Under the pieces are notes generated by a model. The model saw only the letters and a list, made by a program, of their open reading frames with translations, did not search any database and was not told the DNA's origin. A stretch of 64,000 nucleotides of DNA from Escherichia phage vB_EcoM-172859UKE1: the sequence record MZ234025.1, one strand, 5' to 3'. A program made the translations under genes and the position numbers. Numbering within the stretch: the first letter of the stretch is position 1; the number at the start of each line of letters is the position of its first letter. This document shows, piece after piece, positions 63,815 through 64,000 of this stretch.

Positions 63815-64000
63815 ATGAGAACATTTTTAACCGGACCTTATCTATCCCTGATGAATGCTTTTACACACCATTCTGATGCTAGAGTAGAAGAAATTTGTAA
63901 GAACGGTTATGCCCCACCGTTTGAAGACGTACTCAAGCAGTACTGTACACTTCGTTTAGACGGCGGCAGACAATCCGGTAAATCAATTGCTGTGACTAAT
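63815..64000 (+). CDS. 5' part of a gene encoding a P-loop protein (..LDGGRQSGKS..), truncated by window end
   Basis: ATG 63815; Walker-A-like GGRQSGKS; frame open to window end. Confidence 0.4.
   Translation, partial: MRTFLTGPYLSLMNAFTHHSDARVEEICKNGYAPPFEDVLKQYCTLRLDGGRQSGKSIAVTN

Overview
This window is a contiguous segment of a T4-like (T-even, Tequatrovirus-like) myovirus genome. Calls rest on ORF size, synteny, motifs I can read in the translations, and my recollection of T4 protein sequences; no database search was run. Layout: 3' end of DNA ligase, Alt ADP-ribosyltransferase (+), then a long minus-strand late block (54-48-29-28-27-51; uvsW; 24-23-22-21-68-67-20-19-18-17-16-15-14-13-wac-12-11-10-9-8-7-6-5.4-5.1-5-53) interrupted by plus-strand islands (26-25-uvsY; inh-hoc-rnlB; 4-2-3-1-57A-57B). 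From about 50.5 kb to the end is a plus-strand early hyperplastic region with about 35 small ORFs, two tRNAs (CAU, UCU), nudE, lysozyme e and denV. Exact TATAAATA late promoters sit upstream of many late genes, and GTTTAC-N17/18-TAnnAT early promoter cassettes with inverted repeats precede many early ORFs. Most worth a second look: (1) hoc carries an extra Ig-like repeat and a frame break in an A6 run; (2) six genes encode proteins with the MKTYQEF-type capsid-targeting N-terminus (T4 has three); (3) an early operon (54984..57722) and a second block (59347..60831) of unknown genes, including five proteins sharing an E-x-F-I-x-E-C-R motif encoded exactly at gene junctions and three tandem paralogs ending in GxWVxSSxxC; (4) a tRNA-like structured RNA region at 52940..53280; (5) a 318-aa protein with a possible nucleotidyltransferase-like N-terminus. 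No CRISPR array, transposon or homing endonuclease was recognised.
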